From Raillietiella orientalis (taxonomy: Eukaryota): DNA of 64,000 nucleotides. Numbering within the stretch: the first letter of the stretch is position 1; the number at the start of each line of letters is the position of its first letter. Below the pieces are notes generated by a model. That model saw only the letters and a list, made by a program, of their open reading frames with translations. It was not told where the DNA came from and ran no database searches. Positions 13,850-28,700 of this stretch are shown here, one piece after another. Position numbers and translations under genes: made by a program. The stretch covers positions 3,658,001 to 3,722,000 of the forward strand of contig JAYWIR010000005.1 of the NCBI GenBank assembly GCA_036172245.1, in the 5' to 3' direction.

Positions 13850-14560
13850 CTTAACTTTCAGACTTCCTCTTATCATGGACCCACGCGGAAGTGAAAACTT
13901 GTATTTGTGTATCTTCAGTCAAGGACACTTTCAGCACCATTAAATGAAGAAATGCTAACAGCTATTGGCCTTAAAAGGGCAGCGAAATCTTGCCGATTCT
14001 ACGACTTGGTCATCAAACGACTCTTGGATCGGAGGGCCACGGGCATGCAGGCAGTACCAAGAACAGGCAGGTCTTCAATTCGAGGATGTGAAGCAACTCG
14101 TATCCGAGAGAGCTGCATCTTCAGCACGGTCCCTTCACGTCCTCGTCTGTGCCCTGCAAGCAGAAGGTCCCCTCCGCACTCTCACAAAGTGCAAACAGGA
14201 GCAGGGTCAAGTTGCCCTACAGGTAGATGCGCCTCCTCGTCTGAGGAAAAGTCAGCAGTGTTCCCACTAACGTGTGAGCCGTTTCCGCTGACGAAATGCC
14301 CGTTGATGAGTTTTCAAGCCTTGTTAGGGGAATTTTTGTGCAGAAAGCACCGTCCGGCGTCCACAACAGCGTGGATTTGGAGGAAAATTCAGCTTTTAAT
14401 TGACTGGGCACGATCACATGTTTTGCAAACTGAAATAAAAGAACGGAAGAATCCCAACACCAGGGTCCGAGAAATCTACCAGCAAGTCCCACCACATTCG
14501 GCAGTGGTTTCCGATTCAACAGGCAAGCAAGCAAAACTGCATCTTCGAACTTGAGAAGAC
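13850..14560 (+). mobile_element. Decayed L1-like RT fragment (relic E)
   Basis: SAPLNEEMLTAI (P.T.EE...AI) followed by KGQRNLADSTTW (KKGDL....NW) and VKQLVSE (li..eQ). Confidence 0.4.
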
Positions 14561-15181
14561 TTAGGAGGGGATGGGGAGGAAGGGGTAGGGAGCTGAAACG
14601 ATACTGATAAACCTGCCTGAATCCCAAATCTGTTTGAAATGTCAATGAACGAACGTGACTCCATATGAAAAACCAAGAACTATTAAACAGTAAATTTATA
14701 TTCAGGGTGCTGGCTTAAGATTATCCACCTCCCCAACGACTGAACACTCCAAAATTGCAGCGAATTAATTCGGATGAATAATTTTTATACGGCCATTTCG
14801 CTTCTGGATCTCACGCTCCAAGTACCCTGCCGTGCCGACACGCTAGCGCCATCCACAAGGTGTAATTTAAGCATAGCCAACGCCACACAACAATTGCAGG
14901 GCTTCCGCCCTCAGCAACTCCAAACGTGGAAATATTCCGACGGAAAGTCGTAAAGTATTGAGATCTTGTTTAAATTTAAAAAAAGTAGGAAATCGGCTTT
15001 ACGAAAAAAATAAAATAAAATACTCTGCTTTAAAAGGTTTTTTTAAAAACCATTATTCTTCACAGATATAAAAAAGCAACAACAACAACATTGTTAAAAA
15101 CGAATAAAACCCAAATACACACTTAAGCTATCAGCAAAACAGAAAAGTGAGTCACACTTAAATAATCCGTACTGTCCAAGT

Positions 15182-15231
15182 AACAAGACAAACAAACTAG
15201 CTAGTAAACAAGACAAATAAATTAGCTAGCA
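15182..15231. repeat. Two-copy 25-bp direct repeat
   Basis: aacaagacaaacaaactagctagta followed by aacaagacaaataaattagctagca (3 mismatches). Confidence 0.7.
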
Positions 15232-18200
15232 AGGGGAGGAGATCACTTCGATTTCGGAAACACTCACAAGCAGGGATACTTAAGTTTAATTCATAAGCTC
15301 TCAGGTCATGTCTTTATGAATTGGAATATTTATCTGATTTTCATTCATTTATTTATGATGTGAGATGCTGACGGCGAGGGAGACTGGGTTCCTATCAACG
15401 TCACCCACTGACTACCACATACATCAGAAAGAGTCACGATTTTTTACTGCATGTCATCCTGACACTTTGAGAGAAGGTCGTCGCTCAGTTCGTTAAGGGC
15501 AGCCATGTATCAAGAATGCCTGCAATGCTTCGTGCCACTTTGCCCTTCTGAAAAGACGACACATACGACAGCATAAAAAGTGCTTTACCTTGCCCCATGT
15601 CCGCTTCTTCCATTCAGCTTACCGCGTGTGGCGGCTCCGAATGCACTTCATGGAACCTCGAACGTCGCGTCTGCTGCTTTTCGCTGCATATTGCTTTCCT
15701 TTTGCGGACACGACAGGGGCGTGAGGAGGGAACTGCAATTGAGTGAAACACACAGAAAACTCCCTCTTTCGTCTTGCACGGAGCACGCCATCATGGATAA
15801 AAAAACATGATCTGACGACCCCAAAGCGATGACTTTCGGACGGCGCTTTCTTGGAGTTCCCTTAGAGCCATCGCGAATCCAGAAAACTGGAGTCCAGGCT
15901 TCCAGTCTGGCAGCTGAGATCTCGACGGGACTCGTATCTTTCGCTCAAACACGAGCGCGTGCGCGCAATGATGCGCGCATCCGAAGGGAGCTCGAAGGTA
16001 GCCTTGCACGTGCAGCACCCTGTGACGCGTGATGTGTGAAGGATTTCCTCCTTCCTCTCGCGGAGCGTGAAGGCGACGTCTCTTCCTTTCTGCTTTTGGC
16101 CCCACTGTGTGAGGGAGGGCCCCTATTTGATCGGATGCTGCGTCACTTCCCGAGACACAGGGAGCGCCGCATCTTTACGGCCTGTCCGCCGCCTCCTATC
16201 AAGACGACAGAACTTTTCCGAGACGCTGGCCGGACCGGACTGCGGTCGAGGGGAGAGCGGGAAGACCGAAGCAGCACCCCTGCTCTCTAGGAGAGATCCC
16301 AAAGCCCCATTAATCCAAGGGGGAGCCGGCCGAAAGGACTCCCTTCTTTTTTATTTTGATGGGAGGGCAGAGTAGGATGAAAATTTAATGGTGTCTCCAC
16401 CTGCCCATTAAAAATGCAAGATCCGCCTCGGTAGTGGTCCCTGGCGACGGTTGCTGCTTTTGCACATCGAGAATTAATTGGGTCGATGGGTACCGACCGT
16501 GCCAAATTGGCCTGCCACGGTGGAGCCCGCGTGTCTCCTCGCCCCTCACGAGGCCGTCCACATGGTCGGAAGGGAAGAGAAAGAAACGCACACCAGCCCC
16601 TTGCCCTCTGGAAGCTGCAAGAGACACGCAATGATTGCCACCCCTGAGCGCGGGCACGCCGCATGCTTCTCGCCGCCGTCCACGAAGCCCATCTGCTGTT
16701 ACTGCTGCTGGTGGTGGTAGCGGTGATCGTGCCTCCGCGTTGCGGGTTGAGGGAGGAAAGGAAAGCGAGTATGAGAGAGGACCACTTACAGTATGCTCAG
16801 GCCTGGTCTGTGCCTCCAGGAGGCGACCCATGTTTTCTCTTCCAGCGCGAGTTTGCAGATGGATGCGGCCTTCTTATTCCTCCTCCTCTTCTTTCCCCTC
16901 TTCTTCTTCCTCCCTTCCTCCTACTCCTCCTCTTCTTCTTCCTCTTCCCCCTTTTCTTTTCTTTCGGACGCGACGCGCCGCAATGCGTTCCTCGCGCTCG
17001 CGGAAGGAAAAGCAGCGGCTTCCAGCGCACTCCTGAGAGATGGGACTCTTCCTTTCCAGCCCCGGGACCGAACGCTCCTCGGAAGCCGTTCCCTCTTTTC
17101 CTGGATCAGTCCGGAAATATATGGTCCTGGACGTTGTGCGCGGCTTCCTTTACTTTGCTCGACCAGGCCCGCGGTGGTTGGACGCGTTCCCCGATCACCC
17201 CGCCGCCGGGGTTCCCCAGGGATCTCCTCCGTCCCCCAGAGAGGATCCCTCCTCTCGCATCTGCTCTCTCCGTTCCCGAAGGATCTGACCCCGCAGTCGG
17301 CGTCGGCGCCGGCTGTCGCCTAGGTCCTCTCTGACGACCGCGCCGCCACTGCCATCCCCCAGGATCGGGAGAAGGCAGGGCGAGGAGGAGGAGAGGTGTG
17401 GGGGGAAGAAGGGGCAGTCGCTGCCATCCTCGCACCCTCCCGGTCCCGGCCGCCGGGGATACCAGAACCCCGTCCCTCGTGCTGCCTCTGCCGCTAACCT
17501 GCCACCCCCCACTCCCCGAGCACGCTGCCCCGGAGGGGTTCCTGTTTGGTCAGCGCCGCAGGGATTCAGGAAGAGGGATCCAGCAAGGGAAGGGATTCTC
17601 CCCTTCCCTTGCTCTTCGGGAGCTGTCCGCGCGCGGAGGATCGGCAGCTTCCGCCAGGTGCCGGGAGATGGGCTCCACTTCCGGTTCGCCATTTCGGCTT
17701 CCGGGAGTGGCCCAAGCGTGCGCGCGGTCCTCCGGGCGCGGCTTCGTGCGCTTCCCGCAGGACCTCGCCTAGGAGTCATCCGGGTTCGTCACGCGCAGTT
17801 TCTCCGCCAGCACCGCCCGTTCCCAGAAAGACAGTGGTGGGGAGCGACTCCCACCGAGGCCTTCCCCTTCTCTCTCCCACCCCCCCTTCCTTCCGAGCGT
17901 CCGTCCTGCGAACTGAACTCTCCTCCTCCCTCGGTTCACCTTAGGACCAGGAGGAATCTCCTCTCGCTGGGCTGCGGTCCGTCTTCCGCTCCGAGAGAGG
18001 GGAAAAGGAAAACATCATCCATGTAAGCTCCCTCCTCCTACCCCCCGCGTGTGCGCCCTCGCGGAAGGCCGGAGGGCTTTGCTTAGGAAACCGCAACGTC
18101 AGCGCCGCTCTGGCAACCGGAGGCGGCGCAACGCGAGGGCAAAAGCTCCTGGCGTTTTCCTCCCCTCGGAGTGATTTTGGCGACGGGCCTTCCTCCCGTG

Positions 18201-20599
18201 TGCCTCCTTCCCCCTCCCCTCCCGCTCGATGATGAGCTCGACGGGGATCCGCCGCGCCGCGCCCTGCGCCACCCGCTACGTTCCGCGCACACGAGCGACC
18301 CCGGAGAAGCGACGCGCGCGCGCAAGGGCGCTCGGAATGCGGGAGAGCACGTGACCGCGGCGGTGGCGACACGCTCGCGCCTCAAGGCCAGCATCGCGCC
18401 GCTGGTACGAAACGACAGCATGCCGCCTCCAACCGCTCACCCACGCCTCTTCCGTCGCCTCCGCCGCACGCGATGCAAGGGAGAGAAGGGAGAGGAGATC
18501 CGGAGGGTCCTCCCCAAATGCGACGGAGGGATGGGCGAGAGAGAGGGGCGTGCACGCCAGGTGTCCGTCCATCCGCGGCGCGGGACCAGAACGCCGGGAG
18601 CAGCGAGCGCTGCGGCGGAGGCTCAGCCTCATGAACCCCATCTGCCACGCGCTCCTTTCCTTCCGAAAAAACGAAAAAGGCCAAAGGGAACCGAAACGAG
18701 AGCAGCACCATGGCAACAACAACGAAGCGCACCGGAACAACGGTGCTGTTAGTCACAGACTCGTCGTCCGCGGGAGCCACCTCCCCCCCGAGGTCTTCCA
18801 CTGTCTGCGCAACGTCCTCCCGCCTTCTTGCTGCTGCCTTCCCCGTTGCCGCCGCCGTCTTAGACAGAGCCGGAACCCTTCGGAGGGGGAGGAACAGGGC
18901 GGTGGCGGCGGGAGGGCAATCTTCCCGACCCCCGTGACCCCAATCAGTCTTGAACCCGCGGCCTTCCCGCCCACCTCTCTGGCAGGGTCTCCCCGCCGGC
19001 TGCAGCCACCATCACCCAACCCTTCCGACCCTCCGATCTGGCGTGGCGCCCCTTTCCCCGGAGATCCCCTTCTAGTCCGGCCCGCGTCCGAGGAGTTGCC
19101 AGACGGACGGAGTGCGCTCTGAGACCCCCCCGAGGTCTCCTCCGTGGCGGTGGTCCACGAAGGGGAGGCGCACACTTCGGCTTCCGGTTTGCGCGGAGTC
19201 GAGGCGAGAAGTTCGCCTTTCCCGCATCTGCGACCTCCCTCAGACGTGGCCGTCGACTCCTGGAGTTCCTGTGCCTCGCTTCCTTCGAGCTCGCGGAGAA
19301 CGTCAGATGCTCCTGCAGCCCTTTCCTCTCCTCTCCCGGCAACCGCCCACCACCTCTACCCAAGGCGACACATCGGTCTTCTTTCTTCGCTAGCGCTCTC
19401 CAAGGAGCCTCTTCTTTTCCTCCTCCTCCTCCCCACCACCATCATCATCAGGTACGGCGGCAGGACCTCCCGTCCCATTTTCGGTTCTCTCCGTTCGGTC
19501 CATGCGGGGAGGTGAGGGAGGAGAGAGGATTCCCGGAACAGCCTCCCTCCTAGCCCAATTTGGCTGCATCTGCTTCACCACCTCCGCCGCAGCAGCACCC
19601 TTGGAGTTTCGCTCCCCAAAACTGGACACCTCGGAGGTTTCCTCCCCCCTCCCCCTCTTTCCCCTTACTCTCGGGCGCTCCCTCCCATTCCTTGGGCGCC
19701 AGCCGCCGCAGGCGCGGAAGTTCTTCCTCCAGCCTTCCCGGGATATAACCCCAGTCTGGGACTGTGCCCACCTCTCTCTCTCCCGCGTCTTCCCTCGATT
19801 TCGATCGCGGTGGCTCCCGGTCGGGAACGAGGAAAAGGAGGAGGGTGATGGGAGGAAGCAGAAGGACCGACCGGGCTTCCTTTCTCAGAAAGTCTGCAGG
19901 GTGGGTGGCTTCTGGAACCCCAAGGGTGGCTCGCAACTGACTCGCAGATCCGGGAGACTGGCACGCATCCCGCATCTCCGGAGATTCTTCGCAGTCGCCT
20001 CTTACTCAGAGCGTTCCCACTATCCCTTCTGGAAACAAGGCACGCCCTTCCTTGGCCTTCGCGGATGGCAGGGAACGCCGGCATTTCCGCACAGGCGCGC
20101 CGACTAGCCAACCCCTGCGCAGCGCCCCCCAGCACCCCGCGCCCATCGTCACGGTCGCGGCAGTCTCCGGAACGTGACATCACCGCGCCTCTCATCATCA
20201 CTCCGCCTCAGGGAGCGTCCCGGTGCGGGCATCCGTCCCACCATCCCCCTCCTCCACCCACGGAGGCAGCGGACGTGAGCTTCTTAAGTCTCCGCATGGG
20301 GCGCTTTTCGCATCGTCGTGGACCGCGGCTTCCGATGATGCGCGCGCGCGGCAGGAAGCCGCGTCTGGAAACCCTTGGCCACCTCGTGAAGTCGCCTGGG
20401 CAGAGGGGAGTGGAAGCGCCACCTCGGCTGCTGCTTCGCGAGCGACGTTCTGGTTGTCGCCGCCCTCCGACAGGCTCTGCCGGAGGTCTGCCGCGCGCGC
20501 GAAGGAAGCGACGCCTCACGGCGTTGCTTTCCGCAAGCCGACGACCCACCACTCGATTCCTCCGTTCTTGCGGACGATGGAGTGCCCCGTCCTCCCTGG

Positions 20600-23300
20600 A
20601 GCGCGCGTAAGGCTGGTGGCGGCTCCACTGGGTGGGGTGGGGGTGGGGGTGGAGTAATTCCGAGCCACCGACAAACAGGCGAGCCCTCACAGCTCTCTTC
20701 AAGCATCACGACGCGGCGTCTCGAACCTCCCGCAGTGTTCCCCGTGGCTCCAGAAAAGCCAAAAAAAGGGGGGGATAGGCCGATTTTGTTTTATGGGTTC
20801 CCCGGGGTCTCCTCCTCCCTCCTTCTTCCAGCGGAATTCCTCCGGCACCACTCTACTTGCATCTGCTATCCCCACTTCCAGGATCGTCTCCGAGGGATCC
20901 GGCCCCGCCGTGGGGCGTCGGTGTCGGTGGTATCGTGCCCCCGACGAGACACGCCGGCGCTGCGTCTCTGGCCGCCGCTGCGTCATCGCCCCGGGATATT
21001 CAAGGGCTCTAAGAGGAAGAGAATGGAAGGCTCCAGGACGGGAGGTAGGAAAAGAAGCTGCCGCTGCCCTCCCCCCGTTGCTGCGCAAGTGCCGATCCAT
21101 TCCTTGTCGGGGGAAGAGGCAGCTCTCCGTAGATCCTGGATTTCCTCCTCCTCCTCCGCGGAGTGCCCTTACTCCTCGGCGTGACGCGGGGGAGGAGCTC
21201 CCCGTCCCGAGCCAAAGCATTCCTACGAGCGGGAGAGCCTCGGCGGACCGTTCGTAGAGAAGATGCTTCTCCCGCTCGTGGAGATGCTCAGAGATGACGG
21301 GAGCTGTTCCCCAGCGTCGCACCAAGGCGCAGACGGAGCGCGCGCGACTGGTCCGTGAGGCGATCGAGAGAGAGATGGGCGAGTCAAGAAGAGCGGCGAG
21401 TGCCTTTCTGATCCCGCAGGGAAGAGCACGCAGAGCGTTCCAGCGAGGTCCAGCCTCCCAGATGAAGCCGTCCGTCGAGGCACCCGGCTCTTCTGGCGCC
21501 AACGGAATGCCTTCGCGAGCGCTCGCGAGTTCTCGCTGGGATCGATCGGCAGTCGGACAGAGGACCCTGGTGGAAGTTATCCGAAACATTCGGTGCAATA
21601 ATGGCCGAGCCAGCGGTGATTGATGGAAGCAGTCTCTCTGGAATTCGGAACGCCGCATGTGAAAAGGCTGCGCCTGTTCGGACAGAATGGGCACCTGAGC
21701 GTGCCTCCGGAGTGCCCTGAATCGGAGGCCCCCGAGCTCGGCTCTTCGGCTGCTCCGCCGTTCTTCCGAGAGCCTCTGACTGCCTCTGAGACCTGAAGTG
21801 ACCTTCCTTGAGTGATGCTGCAAGCGTCCGAGCGAGGCATCCTAGAAGTTTCCGAGCGCGTGCAACCGTCAAGGCGAAGGAAAGCAGGAGCGGACGAGGG
21901 TAGCCAGCCCGCTGGTGCAGCTTCTCCCCCCTCTGTCGCGGTCCAACCGAAACCTGCGCCGTGCTTTCCATCCGTAAACCTGCCGATCATTCGGAATGGT
22001 CCCAGGGTGGTCAGTCGCAGAGCCGGATGATTCCTGGAGCTGTCCGGAAGCTGTCCGAACCCGCATCTCTGGCTGATGAAGATCACTGGTGCCGATGGCG
22101 AAACAGCTGACGAAAAAGATCGGGGTCCCCTTCTCGTGAGATGCAAAAAGGGGACAGCCCTGAAGAATGAGTTGTCACTCAGAGCATCTCTCCGTTGAAG
22201 AAGACCTCCGGCGCTATTCGTGGCCGGCAGCGGCCCGACCGCGGACATCTGCGAACCCAGATGGGGGGAAGAGGGGGAGCCGCTTCAGGGGTGCATCCGC
22301 ACGCACCACTTCGTCCGCGCCTCGAGCGAGCAGCAGCCGCGCGTGGAGACCAAATGCTCTGCCCAGTCGCCACCCGTTCCTTCAGGTGTAGAGGCACCGG
22401 AGAGTGGCTCAGAGATGTGGTCTGGCGCATCCGTTGCCTTACTACTGCCCTCTGCTCTCCTTCCCCCTCCCCCTCCTCCTTCCCTTCTCGTGCTCCTTCG
22501 CCAGATTTTTCGCATCTCCCGCGCGGTGGCTCTCCCAAGTCATTCCATCCTTTTTGCCTCCCGGGGTTGGAGATCGATGTCTGGAAAAGATGCGCCGGGT
22601 GGATCTCCAAAGGCTGCTCCCGATGAAGGCACGGTGCACGAGGACACGCGCCGGATCTGTCCGGCTCATGCCGGGAGTTGCTCCGGAGAGCGGCGTCCTG
22701 CACACTTCCAGAATCTCAAGGAAGATGCCACTGCTGCTCCCTTCGTAAAACCACCTCGCTCTCCTCGAGTGAGCCTGCCGCCTCCTCCGTGACAGACATC
22801 CCGCCTCCCGTCCATTTTGGCAGTCGCAGGAGCTCTCCTCAGGCGGTCCTCAGCAGTCGATCTCAAACTATGGCTCCGCCGACGGCCGTGCGGGTGGACT
22901 GGGCATGGCGCCTGGAGCGGGAGAGAGCGAGCAGATCGCGCCGCAGGAGCTCGGTGGCTGAGCGGAATCGCGCCTAGGCGGCTCGTAGAGGAGGGAGCGC
23001 TGGTGACGGCGGGTCCACAGGCAGAAGTCGGAGGTCGGTGCCGTTGCCTAGCGACCCGTGGTGGGGATGCAGGGAAGCGCGTTCCGAGCGGCAGCCAGAC
23101 GCAGCGCGAGACGAATGTGTGGAGAGGGTCGTGGCCTACTTCATCCGTTCACACACCCCGTTCCACCACCCTTTCCGCGACCCACCCTCTCGCCATTCCC
23201 TCGCCTTCAGTCGGCTTCTCGACTGTTTGTCCACCGTGCGCAGGTGTTCAGTCGAGAGGTCGCAGCCGACCCCTAGACGGAGTCTTTCTAGCTGATTGCT
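20600..23300 (-). mobile_element. Decayed, GC-rich L1/Tx1-like ORF2 (relic F)
   Basis: ORF 20699-21823 contains QPFHMRRSEFQRDC..SP (F.v.RGVRQG.PLSP), EHLHEREK and GMLWLG...VRALRGGGGGNP (FLW...GGLG.P). Upstream frames give GWNDLGE..RGRC and TIPNDRQVYG. Confidence 0.6.
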
Positions 23301-25799
23301 TCGCAGGGACTCTGATGAGGTCCACTCCGTGGCGACCTAACCGAGCGTTTCGGCAGAACCCGGGGCGATCGCGGATTCCTCCTCGGCGGTCCAGACCACC
23401 GGATCCGGCTCAGCCCCCGCGTCGAACGCCCGGTGCCAGGGAAGCCCCGTCGGAAGGGGAGAGGCGTGGTTGCGTCACGCTTCGGGATTTTCTCGTGACT
23501 CGGGAGAAGTGTAGGAGGGGGGCGGACGTGGCTTTCCTCCGAGCAGGGAAGCGAGGAACGGCCGACTCTCCGGTGGGGGCGGTCGGCAGGGTCCGTTGGC
23601 CCGGCGGGCGCAGCGGAAATGAGGGGGAGCCGCGACTTTGCGAACTTCCGCTGCCTCCCCTTATCCTTCTGATCCGCAGCATCCCATTAAGCAGATTACA
23701 GAGGGCCGCAAGGTCGCAACCCCCTCCTCCCTTTCCCACCCTCACGTGATCTTTATCTCCGCCTCGTTGAGGAGGAAATCGAAACGACCGCCGCTCGCGG
23801 GAATCCGGTCGTAGGGGAACCTTCTGGAGCTTTCGAACCCGGGGGGGAGGAGAACGGGAACGGGGTGGAGGCGACGCATCGCCCCCGGGTGACCTCCCCG
23901 CTGCAACCGGGAAGCCTTTCCGAGGCCAAACCCCAGCGGGGCTGCCTCCAGGTCGCGTGCTCGCTCTGATGGCAGATGGTCGCAAAGCAACGAGAAGGTG
24001 CGCGCTCTCCGAGGGAAGAAAGGGGGAGAAGGGATCCTGGAATCTCATGGGGGTCGAAGCACGCGCGGATCCCAGGGCTCCACGGCGTCCTACACCGCAT
24101 TCAGACAGGGTCCCTGCCCTCCTTCCGGACGGATGTCTCTGGGCGCAACCGCCGGCTCTTGGGCAGCTGTGGAGCATCCTCTTCCCGCTCGGAAAAGGTG
24201 AAGTGGGAGGACCCCTTCCTCTTTCCTCCTGTGAAGAATCCCGAATTCATTTGATTCACGACGAGGGAAGCTGTGGAGCGCGCAGTCCCGCGGGCGCGCC
24301 TTCGCTCCCTGCTTCTCCCAGCAGCACCAGCTCAAAGCGAGACGCCGTTCGGCGAGGGGTCTCGCTCAAGATGACGCGAGGTCCCCTCTTTTTTTTTCCT
24401 TTTCCTTCCCTCTTCTCCCCTTTCCCATACTGCTGCAGGGTGGATGGTTTCGATCTTCCAGCGGTCCACCGCTCCGCGTCCATCGGAGAGAGAGGCCGAC
24501 CGGACGGCGCGCCCTTCGTCCGCTTCCCATCTGCGCGTCTGGGGCGCGCGGTGGGGTAGGGATGCAGTGGGAGACAAAAGAAGGCCCGGAACCCGACGCG
24601 CGCCGGATGCGCAGGTAAACAAATTGAGCAATCGCGCTGCTCTCCGCCGAGGTTCGTCGGAGACCAGTTGCCATGGCATCGTCGGTGCGGGCACAGCGGT
24701 TGCGAACTGCTCGCGTCGTCGTCAATGGAAGGGTAGTCGTTTCACGCCCTGCGTCCCTAGCTTCCAGAGAAAAAGAGGCGTCCCGGGTTCCTTCGCGGCC
24801 GTCCTGGAGGAAGGCACGTGGGTCGGGAGCGTTGTGAACCGCAGGGAGGAAGAGGAAGGTTCCCGGTTCCTTGAGGGGAGGGGAGAGCGCACCCGTCGCC
24901 GTGACTGTCGCTCTGCTCCTCTCCGAACGGTGGGCTACCTGCGGCAAGATGTCTGCAGAGAGAGTCCGCTAGAGGCGCTGCCGTCCTCCCGCTATCGAGA
25001 GGCCACCGTGGGGCCGGAGGCGCTCAGGGAGGCAGCAGATGCGGTGTTCTAGGCAGACGAACAATTACGTGGGGAGACCTCCCCCTCCCCCCTCACCTCC
25101 TCATTCCACCACTGCCCCGTGCTGCGTTCCAGCCTCTCCAGTCTTGGCCCCACGGCTGGGTACCAGAGTTGAAGAGGGGACCTCACGCACCCCCAGAGGG
25201 GCGGCTTTTGTCTCGCGTTTCTCGCTTTCCTTCGAAACGGAGATCGGAGGTGGGGAGAGGAGCGGAGGCTCTTGTCGCCTGGCGTGCGTCGCTGAGAGCT
25301 CACGCCCCCGGGGCATGAGACTTCGGTGTCGCCCTCGCGTTCTTCTAGAAGAGCCCTGCTCATCGCTGCCCTCTCAGGGGATTCACCCCCTTTAGTGTTG
25401 TTGAACCTGCCCGCGACGAAAGGGAAAACAAGAAAGGGACTTTGACGTCTTCCTTTCTCTTCTCCTCCTTGCTGATGGACGTCGCTTCCTGTTCGCCCTG
25501 CGCTCTCGGAGGAGCTCCTATCGTCAACGCCACGCTCAAACAGCTCCCTCTCAGACGATCTGTTGAAGAATCACCCCTATACTGGGGATCGAGGCCTCCC
25601 ATCGGCTGTGGAGAGGCCGGCATGGGAATTGGGGGGGGGGGCCTCCAATTCTCGGTAACCTGCGCAGGTGAAGGAAGTGTTCGATCCCATCTGGATCCCT
25701 TCCCCTTCTCTTCCTCCTCCTCCTTCTCCCCACTTTCCTTCTCCCTACTGCCTCCCGACTGCTCCGGAGACCGGTCAGTGCGCCCCGCAACTCCTCTTT

Positions 25800-28700
25800 C
25801 CTCCTTCGTGAAGGTCTCTGTCGCCACCTCCGCACTCCCTTGCGGCGCTCGCCCCACGCGACTGCACAGCGTGCCATCTCTTCCTCCCCTCCTCACAACC
25901 CCACCTTGGTGAGGCAAGCTTTCCGCCTCCGGAGGCAACAGCTGGTTGCGTTTGGGCAGCTCCACGGGTCTCGGACCAGGCGGATCGCTGCAGGGCCGAC
26001 CGTGTGGCGTGGGAAACAGCGGCTAGGGCTACACGGACTTCCCGCTCGGTTCCGGCAGGGAAAGCACGCGCCTGCGCAGAACAAGCCGAGCCCCTCCCAC
26101 CCTGGAGCGGATCCCGAGTTTCCTGACGCTTCCGGCTGCAGGCGCAGCCACGCCGCCCGCGAGGCTGCCAGCTGGTTCCTAACAATGCCGGAGCACCTCC
26201 GCACGCGGTTGGAGCTGAAGAGAAAGATGGCGGCGGGAGGGAGGGGTGCCATCGTTCCCGACGAGCCCTGGGAGTGCGCTCTGAGCTACCCCCCGATTCC
26301 GGAAGCTTCAGGTCGGCCCTCCGCGAACTGTGTTCCTCTTTCCCCTCTGAGGAGTCCTGACCTTTCGTGCTGACCAGCTCACCGCACCGATGGCTCTTGG
26401 AACGAAAGGGTGGAAATCAGCGCGCAGGCAGACACCTGGGTCTTCGAATCCTCCTGCGGAAAAGGACGAGCTCAGGACGAGGCAGGCTCATGGCCGTTCA
26501 GAACCTTCTGGCGCCAGGGAATCTGCCTGTCCCCTCTGGATGTGGACTCGACGTCAACGTCCAGCACTTCAGCAGCCACCGTGTCGGAGACCTGGACGCT
26601 GCACACTGAACCATCCTCAGCGTCTGGAAGGATGCCCTCTGAACGGATTCTCTCGCCCTCTGGACGGAGGGGTGGGAGTCGGAAGCGCCAAAGAGATTCT
26701 GCGAAACCAGCGGATGAGGGTGGGTGGCCTGGAGACGCAGCTCCTCGGCAACCGGCGGCTTCCGGAGCACCTTCGTGAAGCGGGGCAGCCGCGAACGAGC
26801 GGACAGGCTCCTAGAGACACCACAGGGCGGAGGTCTCACGGCCTCGGGGGTCATCCGCGGTCACGAGGAGATCCAGGAAGAGCTCACGGGAACAGATGGA
26901 AGGGTAGGTGCGGGGAGCATGGAGAAGAAGAACCGTCTTAAAGACCTCCAGTGTCCGGCCATAGCTGCTCCCCGCATCCGTCCATTCTCTCGAGCGTCGG
27001 CAAATCAGGAAGACGTCGCTCGTTCCGAAGGCGAGCTCCCGGGAGGGAGCCTGATCAGGAGCCGCTGGAGACCGCCTGATCAGGCAGCCGCAAGCATCTC
27101 GACAAGCGCTCCCGTGGTTTTGGCTCCTTCTCTTCTCTGGAAGAAGGCGACCTTTGCGGCTGGGAGCTCTTCGAGGTACCTGTGGCGCGAGAAGCGGACC
27201 CTCAGCTGGTAAACCAGTGACGGCAACAGCAAGGAGGGTCCATATTCCGAGGAAGTCCGCCGCCTGCGGCCATGTTCCAGTCGCAAGGAGGCGGGGAGGA
27301 AGGTGCGACCGGTCGGCGCTGGAAGCCTGAGTGCTCCCACAACGAGGAAGAAAGGCGGAAGAATGTCAGGTCAAGTGAAGCAGAAAATGGCCCCGGGCAC
27401 TCGCCCGATTTTCGCGTGCGCGACTGGTCGCCGGTGACGGAGGTCGTGGTGATCTCCCGCAAGATCCGCAGGCATGCGAATCTGGACGGCACTTGGACAT
27501 GCATCTCCAGATGAAGTTCGTCCGTCGAAGTCGCTCCCTGCAGGGACAGACGGTTCGACGGATGCCCTCGGGGGTTCTGGAGGATCTTCCTCGATGCTCT
27601 CGCAAGATCGAGCCACTGGATCCTCGCAGATGAGCCACTGCGCTCCCTGATCCTCTGTCTGACTTCCGAGGAAAGAAAATTCCCTTGGAGGCATTTTCTC
27701 CCGGTCACGCCGGAGTGCTCGTTGACACCGATGAACACGCATGCGTGGGAGTCTGGTTCTCACCAAAGAGAGTCTGGGATTTGCGGAAAAGGGGGAGGGG
27801 AGGGAAGCCACCGACCTGCATGTCGGCCTCAACAACGACCGAGGTTGTGCAATAAAAACGGACAGGAAGAGAGCGTACTATGCCCTGTGCTGCGGTCGCT
27901 TTCCCTTGCTGGGAACTGGTCCGACCAAACTCCCCTATCCCCTGCCCCCCACATCCAGACGAAACCGAAGAGTCACTCTTCTCGGTAAGAAGAAATGGGC
28001 AGCTTCCCGGGGCTGCTGGAGCAACCTCGCTCTTCGGCAAGCCGACTCCACAGAGGTGGCAGCGCTGCGCCAGGAGGGAGTTGGTCGTGCCCGAGGTCAT
28101 GAGGGGGCGTTCCCTAAGATGCAGCAAGAGCGTTGTCAACTGCGTCGGTGGAAGACATAGTCCTGTTCTCAGCAGCTTCGGAAATGGTTCGCTCCCCCTT
28201 CCCCATCCTAGGACATCGCTCTTTGGGAGATGAGCACTACCGCGTGCTGCCAGCCGCCCCTGAACACGCCCTCTGCCGGAGTCCCTCGGATCTGCTGCCT
28301 CCTGGGAGTATGGCCGCTCCCGCAATGGGGCGCAGGAAGAACTCCCACTCCGCCAGGGAGGGGAAGGGGGAGGGAGGAATTGCCGCTTCTTTCTCCCGCA
28401 GAACTGCGGTTTCGGGCGTGACGGAGTCTCGAGGCCGCTTCTTCGGTTCCCTGCCGGAACTTCCTCCAGGGAGGAGCTATTGGAATGGAGAGACTCCAGG
28501 GCAGGGAGCCCGAGATTTGCGCCCAGATTCCCGCCACCTCCTGCCATCGCCGCGCGCGAAAGCTGAAGAGGCGGCTGGAGAGACCGCTGGGGCACTTGCC
28601 AGGGGTGAGGTGACTTTCGGGAAGCCCCGACGCGAAGCCCAAGTGGGGTCGCTCCGGTCCTGTCGCCGCTGCGAAGCTGCAGAGGCTGCGACGAGCCTTC

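Noticed and set aside
23750..25050. Possible additional + strand L1-like fragment
   Set aside because: Motif resemblance is too weak to call by eye; it needs tBLASTn.
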